Shown: piece after piece, positions 9,541-19,036 of the stretch
How the letters are laid out: the number at the start of each line of letters is the position of its first letter
Numbering within the stretch: the stretch's first letter is position 1
DNA from: Candidatus Hadarchaeales archaeon
GTDB taxonomy: Archaea; Hadarchaeota; Hadarchaeia; Hadarchaeales; Hadarchaeaceae
NCBI GenBank assembly: GCA_038851075.1
Contig: JAWCLG010000002.1
Coordinates: 49,098 to 113,097, forward strand
Length of the DNA stretch: 64,000 nt
Reading direction: 5' to 3'
Program-made: the position numbers and the translations under genes
The notes under the pieces: generated by a model
Seen by the model: only the letters and a program-made list of their open reading frames with translations
Databases searched by the model: none
Told to the model about the DNA's origin: nothing

Positions 9541-10934
9541 AATCTCTCCTCCAGAATGGCCGAAACCGAATCGATAAACTTGTTCATATCATCCTCTGTA
9601 TGAAGTTCTGTTGCGCAGACAAGTGATGTCTCTCCAAGCTCAGGGAACTCTCTCTTAAGCGGTTTACCTCCATGAACTCCCCTCATCAGAAGCTCCGAAT
9701 TCATCTTTTCAATGCCGATCTCCTTTGAAACAATTTTCATTGTGAACTCATTGAAGTGCGGCGATTCGAATACGGGAGCAACAACGCCGCTTATTCTTCC
9801 AAGTCTCTTCATCAAGAATTTTGCATTGGAGGCGCAGATTTCTGCCACATCCCTGAGACCTCTAGGACCCATTGATGCGAGGTATATCGCGGCGGCTATT
9901 GCACAAAGCGTTTCATTCGAGCATATGTTGGATGTCGCTCTCTCTCGCCTTATGTGCTGTTCCCTTGTCTGAAGCGCCATTACAAATCCTCTGGTCTTTC
10001 CATCAACCGTGGTCGTCATTCCAGAAATTCTTCCGGGCAATGACCTTATCATCTTCTCCTCTCCCCTGCACGCGAAAAGGCCAAGCGCGGGGCCTCCAAA
10101 GCTCACCGGATTGCCAAGCGGCTGTCCCTCTCCAACAACTATGTCCGCGCCGTACTCGCCCGGTGGTTTCAGGAGTCCAAGCGAGATTGGATTGACCCCA
10201 ACCACGAACATCGCCCCAGCCTCATGCGCCATTCGCTCTATTTCGTCCACCTGAACTTCAAGGAATCCGAGATAAGCGGGGTTCTCTATGTATACTCCCG
10301 CGGTGTTTTTGTCCAGTTTTCTCTTAAGGTCTTCCAAATCCACATTCCCGGTTTTTTTATTGTGACCAACTCTGACTATCTCAAGGCCTGCCCCTGAGGA
10401 GTAATTTTTGAGCACAGAAAGACGATCACGTGACATTATATCGGGTACCAGGAATCTTTCCCTTTCGGTAACGCGGGCGCACATCAGGGCTGCTTCTCCA
10501 AGGGCCGTTGCCCAATCATACATAGACGCATTTGCCACATCCAATCCCACAAGCTCACATATCATGCTCTGGTACTCGAAGAGAGCCTGCAGGACACCTT
10601 GGCTGACCTCCGCCTGGTAAGGTGTGTAGGAAGTTAGGAACTCTGCCCTTGAAACAAGAGCTTTAACGTGCGCGGGAACGTAGTGGGGCCAGACACCGCC
10701 GCCGAGAAAAACTGGAAATTTGGTGAAGGGGACGTTTTTTGAGAGAATCTCCGTAACATGCCTCCTAACCTCCTGCTCCGACATTCTGGGCGGAAGACTG
10801 AGCGGACGCTTTAGTCTGACCTCTTCTGGGATATCTGAAAAAAGATCTTCTACGCTGTTCACTCCTATATCGACAAGCATCTCTTCTCTAATCCTCTTGA
10901 AGCTGGGGATATAGTGGTGGCTCATCTTCTGCAC
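9537..10934 (-). CDS. gcvPA: Glycine dehydrogenase (decarboxylating) subunit 1
   Basis: TSYTPYQAEVSQG, ANASMYD, QTREQHIRRERATSNIC. Confidence 0.97.
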   Translation of the reverse strand: MQKMSHHYIPSFKRIREEMLVDIGVNSVEDLFSDIPEEVRLKRPLSLPPRMSEQEVRRHVTEILSKNVPFTKFPVFLGGGVWPHYVPAHVKALVSRAEFLTSYTPYQAEVSQGVLQALFEYQSMICELVGLDVANASMYDWATALGEAALMCARVTERERFLVPDIMSRDRLSVLKNYSSGAGLEIVRVGHNKKTGNVDLEDLKRKLDKNTAGVYIENPAYLGFLEVQVDEIERMAHEAGAMFVVGVNPISLGLLKPPGEYGADIVVGEGQPLGNPVSFGGPALGLFACRGEEKMIRSLPGRISGMTTTVDGKTRGFVMALQTREQHIRRERATSNICSNETLCAIAAAIYLASMGPRGLRDVAEICASNAKFLMKRLGRISGVVAPVFESPHFNEFTMKIVSKEIGIEKMNSELLMRGVHGGKPLKREFPELGETSLVCATELHTEDDMNKFIDSVSAILEERL

Positions 10935-11378
10935 TTAGCCAGATGTTTTCAAATACTCTTTGTATTGGCTGGCGTTCATCAGATTTTTAAGCTCAACGTC
11001 AAGATTCTTTGCGCTTATCGCGCATATCCATCCTTCATTATAAGGATCTGTGTTTATCAATTCGGGGCGTTCTTTGAGAACTCTGTTAACTTCAAGTATC
11101 GTTCCACTTACCGGGGCATATACCGCCGAAACTGCTTTAATTGACTCTAGAACCGCAATCTCCATATCCCTCCCCTTTTTTTCCTCAAGCTGTCTGACTG
11201 CCTGGCCCTCTGCCGGAAGCTCAACGTAAACTATGTCCCCCAGCTTTGACTGTGCGTAATCTGTGACCCCCACTCTCACCATGGTGCCCTCTATCTTCGC
11301 CCACTCATGATCTCTCGTGTAATAGAGACCCTCAGGAATTTTTGTTTCAACTCTGCTCATATCTTGCACCTTTTCCAC
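10935..11378 (-). CDS. gcvH: Glycine cleavage system H protein
   Basis: YTRDHEW, GVTDYAQ..LGDIVYVELP, ESIKAV lipoyl lysine, INTDPYNEGW; start may be ATG 11360. Confidence 0.95.
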   Translation of the reverse strand: MEKVQDMSRVETKIPEGLYYTRDHEWAKIEGTMVRVGVTDYAQSKLGDIVYVELPAEGQAVRQLEEKKGRDMEIAVLESIKAVSAVYAPVSGTILEVNRVLKERPELINTDPYNEGWICAISAKNLDVELKNLMNASQYKEYLKTSG

Positions 11379-11381
11379 TAT

Positions 11382-12353
11382 TCAACCTGCAGTAAAAACC
11401 CTATCCCCCATCTCTTTCTTTATTCTTTCTATCTCAACCAAGGATGGTGGTCGGGGGTAGTTGTAAATCGGCCCTCGAGGAGATTCATTGAAAAACGGCC
11501 TGTTACAATGCGGACAACCGGATGTCATGAAAGGCTTCCCCGTGCTCACTATTCCGTCTAACCTTTTCTCCTTGATCCCAAAGCTAATTATCCTTCCGCC
11601 TCTGAATTCAAAGTCCTCCACCCTCGCAAGTTCACATGAAACAAGATACCGGATCACCTGAACCCTCCGATACGTTCTTATCTCCGGCTGGGGTCTGTTT
11701 TCCAATGGTGTTCCCCTCACCGGAAAAAACGCGAAGAGCCCCGTATCTACTCCAAGGTCATGCATCTGCTGAATTGTTCTCGCAATTTCCACCTCGCTCT
11801 CTCCTAATCCGACGATAAGGTGTGTGGTCGCCTTGCCGAAAACCCTTCGTGCTTCGACTAGGGCCTCAATATGCTTCGTCCAAGTATAGTACGGCCCCTT
11901 CATCCTTGCGAAGATGGCAGGAGCTGAACAGTCAAGTGGGATACACATCCTCTCAGCTCCAGCCTCTCTGAGGGCTTCTATCCCTTCAAGGCTCAAAGGC
12001 GGACAGCATACTGATATCGGGGCGCCGCAAACTTCGCTCAATTCCCTGACCGTCTGGAGGAGATCAGGGAAAGAATTTTTGTAGTTAACCTGCTGAACAC
12101 ATATTCTCCCGAAGTCCGATCTCGCCAGCCTTTCCACCACTTCCTCGGCCCTCCACTCCGGCCAGATCACTCTCGAGACGGTAGAGGGGTCCCCCACTGC
12201 CTCCTTCGCCTTAGGACAGAACCTGCAGTTCGACAAACATTTTCCATTTCTATCGATCATGATATGGGCGGTGGAGGGAGCCACCTCCTGCTTTCCGCCC
12301 CAGAGACCTAGGACTATTCCCGTCCCGAATGCCACTCTCAACCTTTCAACCAT
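11382..12353 (-). CDS. lipS2: Archaeal-type lipoyl synthase subunit LipS2 (radical SAM)
   Basis: CxxxCxxC (CLSNCRFC) plus C-terminal TSGCPHCNRP signature; adjacent to gcvH; start moved to MVERL. Confidence 0.85.
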   Translation of the reverse strand: MVERLRVAFGTGIVLGLWGGKQEVAPSTAHIMIDRNGKCLSNCRFCPKAKEAVGDPSTVSRVIWPEWRAEEVVERLARSDFGRICVQQVNYKNSFPDLLQTVRELSEVCGAPISVCCPPLSLEGIEALREAGAERMCIPLDCSAPAIFARMKGPYYTWTKHIEALVEARRVFGKATTHLIVGLGESEVEIARTIQQMHDLGVDTGLFAFFPVRGTPLENRPQPEIRTYRRVQVIRYLVSCELARVEDFEFRGGRIISFGIKEKRLDGIVSTGKPFMTSGCPHCNRPFFNESPRGPIYNYPRPPSLVEIERIKKEMGDRVFTAG

Positions 12354-13249
12354 CTGACCCACTCTCTTGCCCCGAGAGGCACCGAACAGCACACGTTCAT
12401 CACGCCGATCCTTATCCCCATCCCAGATGCCTGCTCAACAGTCTGTCTGCTTGGAATCTCCATCCTGTCCACCCCTGCCATTAGGGCTTCCCGCTCGTAT
12501 TCCTCTCTATAAATTCCTTTGGGCCTCATGCAACCTAGAGAGATCTCTCCAGATATTAGCCCCCTTGCCCTGGCAATCACCTCTCCGACTGATTTTGGAT
12601 CTGGGGGACATACATCGTGCAGAGCTGTATCCTGAGCGGGCACGAAAATCAGAAAAACGATGACCTCAGGATCTGCCTCCGCTGCTATATCTACCGCTCT
12701 TTCCCCAAGCAGCTCCCCTCCATGCGCGCCTATACATACGTGGGGGACCACATGAGGGATGTGTCTGCGAAGATCGTTCATGACCCTCATGTAGTCTTTT
12801 GGAGTCCTGTCAAGCCCTGTCATGAGTTTTATTGTCCTGCAATCTCCAAAGAGTTCAAAGTCCACCAGATCTATACCCGCCCTGCCAAGCTCCCTCGCCA
12901 GCCAGCTTGGAACAAGTCCGGTGTGCGCCGCCAAGAAAAGGTTTGTTTCCTCCTTTATCCTCTGGATGATATCAAGGTATGAATTCAGCGGCACATATCC
13001 ATCTTCATTGCACCCTCCGCTTAACAGAACTCCAAATGCCCCACTGGCCTCCAGATCCAAGCACCTGTCGTATAGATTCTCAGGGGTCAAGCACGGAATC
13101 ATTCCCTTCAGGTACCTGCCCCTGCATCGCGCGCACATCAGCTCACAGCTCACGCCTGTTATGGATATCGCTGGAAACCTGTCTCCTGGAAAACTGGCAA
13201 TGAAATGTCGCTGCGCAGCCTGCGTTGTTCTCACCTCATCGCGTTCCAC
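12338..13249 (-). CDS. lipS1: Archaeal-type lipoyl synthase subunit LipS1 (radical SAM)
   Basis: CELMCARC, GCMR and CC motifs; lies between lplA and lipS2. Confidence 0.85.
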   Translation of the reverse strand: MERDEVRTTQAAQRHFIASFPGDRFPAISITGVSCELMCARCRGRYLKGMIPCLTPENLYDRCLDLEASGAFGVLLSGGCNEDGYVPLNSYLDIIQRIKEETNLFLAAHTGLVPSWLARELGRAGIDLVDFELFGDCRTIKLMTGLDRTPKDYMRVMNDLRRHIPHVVPHVCIGAHGGELLGERAVDIAAEADPEVIVFLIFVPAQDTALHDVCPPDPKSVGEVIARARGLISGEISLGCMRPKGIYREEYEREALMAGVDRMEIPSRQTVEQASGMGIRIGVMNVCCSVPLGAREWVRWLKG

Positions 13250-13986
13250 TCAACGGATGCGTATTTCCTCCTCAGCTCCAGCGCAAGCCTTAACTCATCC
13301 TCCATAATATCCCCGCGGAAAATCTCTGCCTCCATGACCTCCATGAACCCCTGAATCATGTGCTCCCTCACCTCCTTAATGTCAGGCCTTCTTTTGATCT
13401 CCCTTTCCACAGTGGTTACTCTATCGTAAACGCTCTCTATCCCCTTATCCGATATTTTTGCTCCACCGACCCTTAGTACCTCAAACATCCTCCTCACATC
13501 TGGAGAAATGAGTATAGTTCCGTGCTGCAGGACGCTCCCCCACCTCCGCGTCTGCGCGCTCCCAGAGATCTTCCTTCCTTTCACCTGGATGTCGTTTACT
13601 GGTCTGAAATCCGCCTCTACTCCCATCCTCCTGAGGCCGGACACCAGCCCCCCGCAGATGATCTCATAGGACTCTATTATGTCCCTCGGCACGTTCTCCT
13701 CACTGCACACAAAGCTGTACGTGAGTTCACCTTCGGAATCGTGAAAGACTGCTCCACCGCCTGTGATTCTCCTAACTACCTGCATGTGGTATCTGCCAGC
13801 TGCTTCAAGGTCGACCTCTCTGGCCAAACTCTGGAAAAAACCTATGGAAACAGCGGAGGGGGTCCATGTCCAGAATCTCAGGGTGCTCGGTGACCTTCCA
13901 TTGGAGTTGAGCCTGAGCAGTGCTTCATCTATGGCCATGCTCGTGAAGGCATCGTCCCTGCGCATCGGCAAAACCCTAATCCTCAT
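13231..13986 (-). CDS. lplA: Lipoate-protein ligase, catalytic subunit
   Basis: MAIDEALL, VVRRITGGGAVFH, NDI..GRKISGSAQ, LQHGT. Confidence 0.93.
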   Translation of the reverse strand: MRIRVLPMRRDDAFTSMAIDEALLRLNSNGRSPSTLRFWTWTPSAVSIGFFQSLAREVDLEAAGRYHMQVVRRITGGGAVFHDSEGELTYSFVCSEENVPRDIIESYEIICGGLVSGLRRMGVEADFRPVNDIQVKGRKISGSAQTRRWGSVLQHGTILISPDVRRMFEVLRVGGAKISDKGIESVYDRVTTVEREIKRRPDIKEVREHMIQGFMEVMEAEIFRGDIMEDELRLALELRRKYASVEWNAMR

Positions 13987-14260
13987 GGCTCCCAGCCGCC
14001 CTCATCACTGCCTCAACCCAGTGTTCAACGTCAACCATAGGCGTCTTGGCTCCGGTCCTCCCGTAAAATCTCCTCACGGCCTCCCTCACGGCCTCCCTCT
14101 CCACGGCCACGCCGATAAGTTCTCTCTCCAGCTCGAAAAGCGCCTCCTCAGGGTACATGAAGAAATCCCCGGTGATGGATACACGTGATATTCTGTTTTC
14201 CTCGATGCCCACTTCCACCCTTATCAGTCCCTTCGGGGCCTTGAAATCCGCCCGTCCCAC
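13976..14260 (-). CDS. lplB: Lipoate-protein ligase accessory subunit (LplB, free C-terminal domain)
   Basis: KAPKGLIRV...ITGDFFMYPEE..LERELIG; GTG start at 14260 preceded by GAGGTG and overlapping the upstream stop. Confidence 0.85.
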   Translation of the reverse strand: MGRADFKAPKGLIRVEVGIEENRISRVSITGDFFMYPEEALFELERELIGVAVEREAVREAVRRFYGRTGAKTPMVDVEHWVEAVMRAAGSHED

Positions 14261-15042
14261 TACTTCCACCTCGTGAGTATTTCCTCCCTTCTGAAGGTCA
14301 CCTTGCTCAGGAAAAAGAGCCCAGCATCCGCTAGCCCCAGCGCCGCCGCAAAGAGTCCGAGCGAGAGCGGGTTGAGGGAAATCGAACCAATCATGTACAT
14401 CATGTAGAATGCGATGAACGGCAAAATCGGGATGGAGCCGATCTGCATTGCCGCCCTGACATCGCTCACCTTGGACGAAACGAAAACGCAGAACGAAACT
14501 GAAAGGAGGGCCATCAGCGGGCAGTAGACGCAAAGCACAGCTATGGAGAGGAGATTGGGCAGAAGCAGGTGCCCCAACGCCTGAAACGTGAGCACATCCA
14601 CCACGACTGTGAGGCAGACGAAGGAGAAAACCGTGGCGAGCATTGCCGGAATGAAGGCACCCAGCATCTTCCCGGCGAGAATTTCCAAATCCGTGGCTGG
14701 GGTCGCCAGGAGCGGCTCCAGCTGCCTGTTGACCTTCTCCCCCACGAAGGTGTAGGATGCTATAACTGAAGGCACCATGACCGGGATGACCATGAAAAGC
14801 AGGAGAGTCATGTTGACCATTGCCATTACCATTGCCTCTCTGTACGGAACACCTGCTGGGGCAAACGGCGGGAGCTCTTCACTGAGTGGCAACTCCATGT
14901 TCAAAACGGGATAGATGTACACGATCGGCAGGACAACGGAAAGCACAAGCGGCAGCACGACCATGCCGTAAATCACATATCTGTGTTTCCTCGCGCTCGC
15001 CATGTCCTTCTTCGCTATTTCCCAGACCCTATCTCTCCTCAT
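14260..15042 (-). CDS. ABC-2 type transporter permease
   Basis: About 6 TM segments, FVGEK..QLEPLLATP..EILAGK motif; start moved to MRRDRV. Confidence 0.9.
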   Translation of the reverse strand: MRRDRVWEIAKKDMASARKHRYVIYGMVVLPLVLSVVLPIVYIYPVLNMELPLSEELPPFAPAGVPYREAMVMAMVNMTLLLFMVIPVMVPSVIASYTFVGEKVNRQLEPLLATPATDLEILAGKMLGAFIPAMLATVFSFVCLTVVVDVLTFQALGHLLLPNLLSIAVLCVYCPLMALLSVSFCVFVSSKVSDVRAAMQIGSIPILPFIAFYMMYMIGSISLNPLSLGLFAAALGLADAGLFFLSKVTFRREEILTRWK

Positions 15043-15955
15043 TCCTTCCCACCAGCCTGAGGTAGACCTCCTCCAGGACGTTCGGCGGCCTCGTGACATA
15101 CCTTATCCTCCCGCCCGCCCCCACCACAGCGCTGACTATGGAAGGATTCACCCTGTCCGGATCCTCCACCTCCACAAGCAGCCTGTTTCCCTCTGCGCTC
15201 ACCCTCCCCACGCCCCTGACCCTCTTCAGCGCCCCCACGAACCTCCTGGCCGGACCTTCCAGATGTATCTCCGTTTTGGACCTCCCAAACTGACGCTCCA
15301 GCTCCCTCGTGGAACCAACCGCCACCAGCCTCGTGTTCAGTATTGCCACGCGATCGCATAGTCTCTCGGCCTCGTATAGGTTGTGAGTACACATCATTAT
15401 CGTTCTCCTCTCCCGCTTCAGCTCCTGCACGAAATCCCTGACTATCTTCGCAGCATCAGGCGAGAGCGAGGCTGTGGGCTCGTCTAGGAACAGCACCTCG
15501 GGCTCGTGAACCATTGCCCTTATGATCGCTATCTTCTGCTGCATGCCCTTAGAAAACCTCCCCACCGGCTCATCCCTCCTTCCCCACAGCCCGACCATCC
15601 TGAGCAGCTCCTCTATGCGCCTCCTTCTTTTGGCCTCCGGCACGCCGTACATCCTGGCGTAGAAATCTAGGTTTCTGTACGCGCTAAGCTCCGGGTACAG
15701 CCCGGGGTTCTCTGGAAGGAGCCCGATGATCTCCCTTATCCTCATCGACTCCATCCCTATTTCATGTCCGCCGACAAACGCCGTCCCGGATGTGGGCCTC
15801 AGCAGGCAGCAGAGCATCCTTACAGTGGTTGTCTTCCCGGCGCCGTTAGGGCCCAGAAGCCCGAATATCTCCCCCCTCCTCACCTGCAGCGTGAGATCCT
15901 CAACTGCGGTCGTGCCGTCATATCTCTTGGTGAGACCCGCAAGTTCGACCATCAC
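15029..15955 (-). CDS. ABC exporter ATP-binding protein
   Basis: GPNGAGKTT, FSKGMQQK, FLDEPT, TH switch; start GTG 15955 or ATG 15952. Confidence 0.93.
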   Translation of the reverse strand: MMVELAGLTKRYDGTTAVEDLTLQVRRGEIFGLLGPNGAGKTTTVRMLCCLLRPTSGTAFVGGHEIGMESMRIREIIGLLPENPGLYPELSAYRNLDFYARMYGVPEAKRRRRIEELLRMVGLWGRRDEPVGRFSKGMQQKIAIIRAMVHEPEVLFLDEPTASLSPDAAKIVRDFVQELKRERRTIMMCTHNLYEAERLCDRVAILNTRLVAVGSTRELERQFGRSKTEIHLEGPARRFVGALKRVRGVGRVSAEGNRLLVEVEDPDRVNPSIVSAVVGAGGRIRYVTRPPNVLEEVYLRLVGRNEER

Positions 15956-16479
15956 TTCAGCTTTTCCAGCCAAGCGCTCACCATCCCCTCGTTCCTGTCG
16001 CACAGTATGATTTTCTTCAGGGCCTTTGGCCTGAACCCCCTAACCGCGGAGATCATTGCCTCAGCGGCAGAGGCAAACGAAAGCCCACCGACCCCTGTGC
16101 CCATTCCAGGGAACACAATGCTTTCCGCCCCGACCTCATCCGCACACCTCAGCGCGGCCAGGACAGCCATTCTCACCTTCTCCTGGGTTGTGGGCATCGC
16201 TGGCCTCTCCATGGTTGGAGCGTGTATCACCCATCTTGCGGTGAGCCTGCCCGCGGTTGTCGCAATCGCCCTGCCGACCGGAACCGGAGCATGCCTGAGC
16301 GCCTCCTTTTCTATAACCTCCCCACCCGCCCTCTTCAGTGCCCCGGCGGCACCGCCCCCCATGTACATCAGGCTATTCGCGGGGTTACATATCGCGTCCG
16401 CCTTCATTCCCGTAATATCTCCGGTGGTCGTTTCCACCGCAAATACGCCAATCCTGCACTTTTTCACGCCACTCATCAT
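15952..16479 (-). CDS. Macro domain protein (ADP-ribose binding/hydrolase, AF1521-like)
   Basis: GDIT..ADAICNPANS..MGGGAAGA, VIHAPTM, PGMGTGVGG. Confidence 0.93.
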   Translation of the reverse strand: MMSGVKKCRIGVFAVETTTGDITGMKADAICNPANSLMYMGGGAAGALKRAGGEVIEKEALRHAPVPVGRAIATTAGRLTARWVIHAPTMERPAMPTTQEKVRMAVLAALRCADEVGAESIVFPGMGTGVGGLSFASAAEAMISAVRGFRPKALKKIILCDRNEGMVSAWLEKLK

Positions 16480-16538
16480 TCTTTACCTAAAGCGTTCATA
16501 ATTTTATTCTCACGCCCGATAGTACTCTTGGTGAAAAA

Positions 16539-16880
16539 ATGAAAACGAGACTGAAAACGGTGCTTTTTGACTTTATCTTCGGCGGTCTCCTGGTTGCCGG
16601 CGCTCTGCTAGTGGCCGCGTTTCTCGGACCATCTGCCGGAGGCATCCTAGCCGGAGCTCCGATAAGAACAAGCGGAGTGATTCTATTGCAGTATCTCCAC
16701 AAAGGACTGGAGTCAGCCGCGGAACTCACGAGGGGAGTGCTTCTAGCTATGATTGCAAACGTTGCATTCGCCCTCGTACTTTATCTAACGATGCCGAGAT
16801 ACGGGATAGTTGCCGGGTTTGCTGCTTCAGGGATTACATTTGCGGTTGCCGTGTCCGCGCTCAACATGCTGGTTCCGTGA
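16539..16880 (+). CDS. Small 4-TM membrane protein (DUF3147-like)
   Basis: Hydrophobic 113 aa with FIFGG..GGILAGAP pattern. Confidence 0.65.
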   Translation: MKTRLKTVLFDFIFGGLLVAGALLVAAFLGPSAGGILAGAPIRTSGVILLQYLHKGLESAAELTRGVLLAMIANVAFALVLYLTMPRYGIVAGFAASGITFAVAVSALNMLVP

Positions 16881-16889
16881 CCAAGCTCA

Positions 16890-17711
16890 CTAGCGCCCCC
16901 CCATAATGGCGCGGAGAAGCTTTGCAGAGATGCCCTCAAGCGGGCTACCTTCATAAGAGCGTGATTTTAGATCCACCTCTCCAACAACCAGCTTCGCCAA
17001 ATCGTTCACCACCCGTGACGCTTCGCAATCAGGGTCGTACACGATGAATGGCACACCTTCATGTTCAGCTTCTTGCACTCTTTGGTCCTCAGGAATCTCG
17101 GCGATTACCGGTACATCTCCGACCGCTCTCAACATGAATCCTTCTATTTCCTGCCGCGTGAGTTCGGATCTTCCAGTGGTTCGATTTATGACTATGCCTC
17201 TGGTCCAGGTCCCGAGCAGGTTTGCCATTCTGATTATTTTATGTCCGTCCACCATACTCGTATATGTTGGATTCAGCACGGGAATCATTTCCTTGGCTGC
17301 GGCCATTGATATTATCGTGTCCTCACCTATCCCACCGGGTGCGTCTATGAGAAGAAACTCTGTCTGCTCGAGGAGATCTGTGACTGCCTCTTCAACCTTT
17401 TCCCTTCTGACATTGGAAATGACCTCATTGATGTCGCCGAACCTGAAGCCCATAGGCACGACTTTTATACCATAGTTTTTATAAAGGACATCGCTTACTC
17501 TTGCCCTCCCCATCAACACATCCTGAAAAGATCGGCCTATTTTTGGCATCCCCAGAACTATCGCCAGGTTCGCCATTGTTAAGTCTGCATCGAGAATCGT
17601 GACATCTTTTCCCATGGCACCAAGTGCTATGCCCAGATTGGCCGTAATTGTTGTCTTGCCTGTCCCTCCCTTGCCAGAGGTTATTGATATTGAACGTGGT
17701 TTGTGCCTCAC
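16890..17711 (-). CDS. minD: MinD-family ATPase
   Basis: SGKGGTGKTT..NLG, DADL.MANL, IDAPGG, IPED..V. Confidence 0.88.
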   Translation of the reverse strand: MRHKPRSISITSGKGGTGKTTITANLGIALGAMGKDVTILDADLTMANLAIVLGMPKIGRSFQDVLMGRARVSDVLYKNYGIKVVPMGFRFGDINEVISNVRREKVEEAVTDLLEQTEFLLIDAPGGIGEDTIISMAAAKEMIPVLNPTYTSMVDGHKIIRMANLLGTWTRGIVINRTTGRSELTRQEIEGFMLRAVGDVPVIAEIPEDQRVQEAEHEGVPFIVYDPDCEASRVVNDLAKLVVGEVDLKSRSYEGSPLEGISAKLLRAIMGGR

Positions 17712-17902
17712 CGTCCTCCCTCTTTTTAATTTGGATAGGGGCTATAAAAAGAGAAAAAAACGAGAATTTTATTGATCGAGCATACCACCGAATGCGACCA
17801 AACTTGTTGTTATTTCTCACCAATCACCACGACAGAGAATGCTCCCCAGTTAAAACGATCGGATAAAATCGCAAAATTTATTTGCTTTGAAGAACAAACA
17901 TA

Positions 17903-19033
17903 ATGATAATGGCTGGAGCGAGGGGTTCTAGAGCGATTTCATCTAGGAAAGGGAGTAAACCCGATCCTGCACGAAGAGTGGCCAGAAGCATAATTGCTTT
18001 TACATTTATAATCGTGTGTATTTTCCTTACCCTCCTCATCCTGAATATACGAGGAATCATTGCTCTCAGGGGTTCGGACGTTTCTTTCTCTTTTTATCCA
18101 TACGGTGTGTCTGTCTATGATGTCGTGCAGTTCACCGAAAACCCAAACAATTCTAACAAGGCAATTGTGACACGGATATGGGACTTTGGAGACGGGACAA
18201 CGTCAACGGAAAACGCCCCCGTACACCAGTATACCTCTCCTGGAGAGTACACTGTCTCCCTAACACTGATTGATAGTGAAGGCAAACGTGAGACATCTTC
18301 AAGAAAGATATATGTCAGTGGATCGGATTCTTCAAACTGGGTTCTAGTCTGGAGCGACGAGTTTAACGGAAATTCCGTCGATCGGAGCAAGTGGCAATTT
18401 GAATTGGGCGGGTGGGGATGGGGCAACAACGAATTGCAGTACTACACGAATGGAGGGAATGCTAAAGTCGAAAACGGTTTGTTGATTATCACGGCAAAAA
18501 AGGAGAGAATGGGAAGCTGTAATTATACATCAGCTAGATTAAAAACACAGGGTTTGTTCGATATTCAATATGGCAGGATAGAAGCCAGACTTTCTGTGCC
18601 GATGGGAGATGGACTGTGGCCTGCCTTCTGGATGCTCGGCAGGAACATTGGATCAGTCGGATGGCCAAAATGTGGAGAGATAGACATCATGGAACACATT
18701 AACAACGAAACCACAATATATGGCACGATGCACTGGCATTACAACGGTCACGTTTCTTCAGGGGGGCAAGTGCTAAATCTAACTCCAAATTCCTTCCACG
18801 TATACGCCGTTGAGTGGGACTCGTCCTCAATAAAGTGGTTCCAAGACGGTGTACAATACTATGAGGTACCGATTCAGAACAGCATGGATAGCACTGAAGA
18901 GTTCCACCAGCCCTTCTTTATTATTTTGAACTTGGCGGTCGGTGGGAACTGGCCTGGCCCCCCCAGCTCAAACACGCCTTTCCCGGCGGAATATAAAATC
19001 GACTACGTCCGCGTGTTCAAACCTACAAGCTGA
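17903..19033 (+). CDS. Membrane-anchored PKD + GH16 beta-1,3-glucanase (laminarinase-like)
   Basis: N-terminal TM; WDFGDG..PVHQY PKD; WSDEF, GWGNNELQYY, WPAFWMLG and catalytic EIDIME. Confidence 0.92.
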   Translation: MIMAGARGSRAISSRKGSKPDPARRVARSIIAFTFIIVCIFLTLLILNIRGIIALRGSDVSFSFYPYGVSVYDVVQFTENPNNSNKAIVTRIWDFGDGTTSTENAPVHQYTSPGEYTVSLTLIDSEGKRETSSRKIYVSGSDSSNWVLVWSDEFNGNSVDRSKWQFELGGWGWGNNELQYYTNGGNAKVENGLLIITAKKERMGSCNYTSARLKTQGLFDIQYGRIEARLSVPMGDGLWPAFWMLGRNIGSVGWPKCGEIDIMEHINNETTIYGTMHWHYNGHVSSGGQVLNLTPNSFHVYAVEWDSSSIKWFQDGVQYYEVPIQNSMDSTEEFHQPFFIILNLAVGGNWPGPPSSNTPFPAEYKIDYVRVFKPTS

Positions 19034-19036
19034 GCA

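Noticed and set aside
14072-14099. 12-nt tandem repeat CCTCACGGCCTC
   Set aside because: Simply encodes REAV-REAV in a helix of LplB
17712-17902. Possible small RNA between minD and the GH16 gene (GAGCAT/ATGCTC pairing)
   Set aside because: Only a 6-bp stem with no consistent inner structure; explained by divergent promoters
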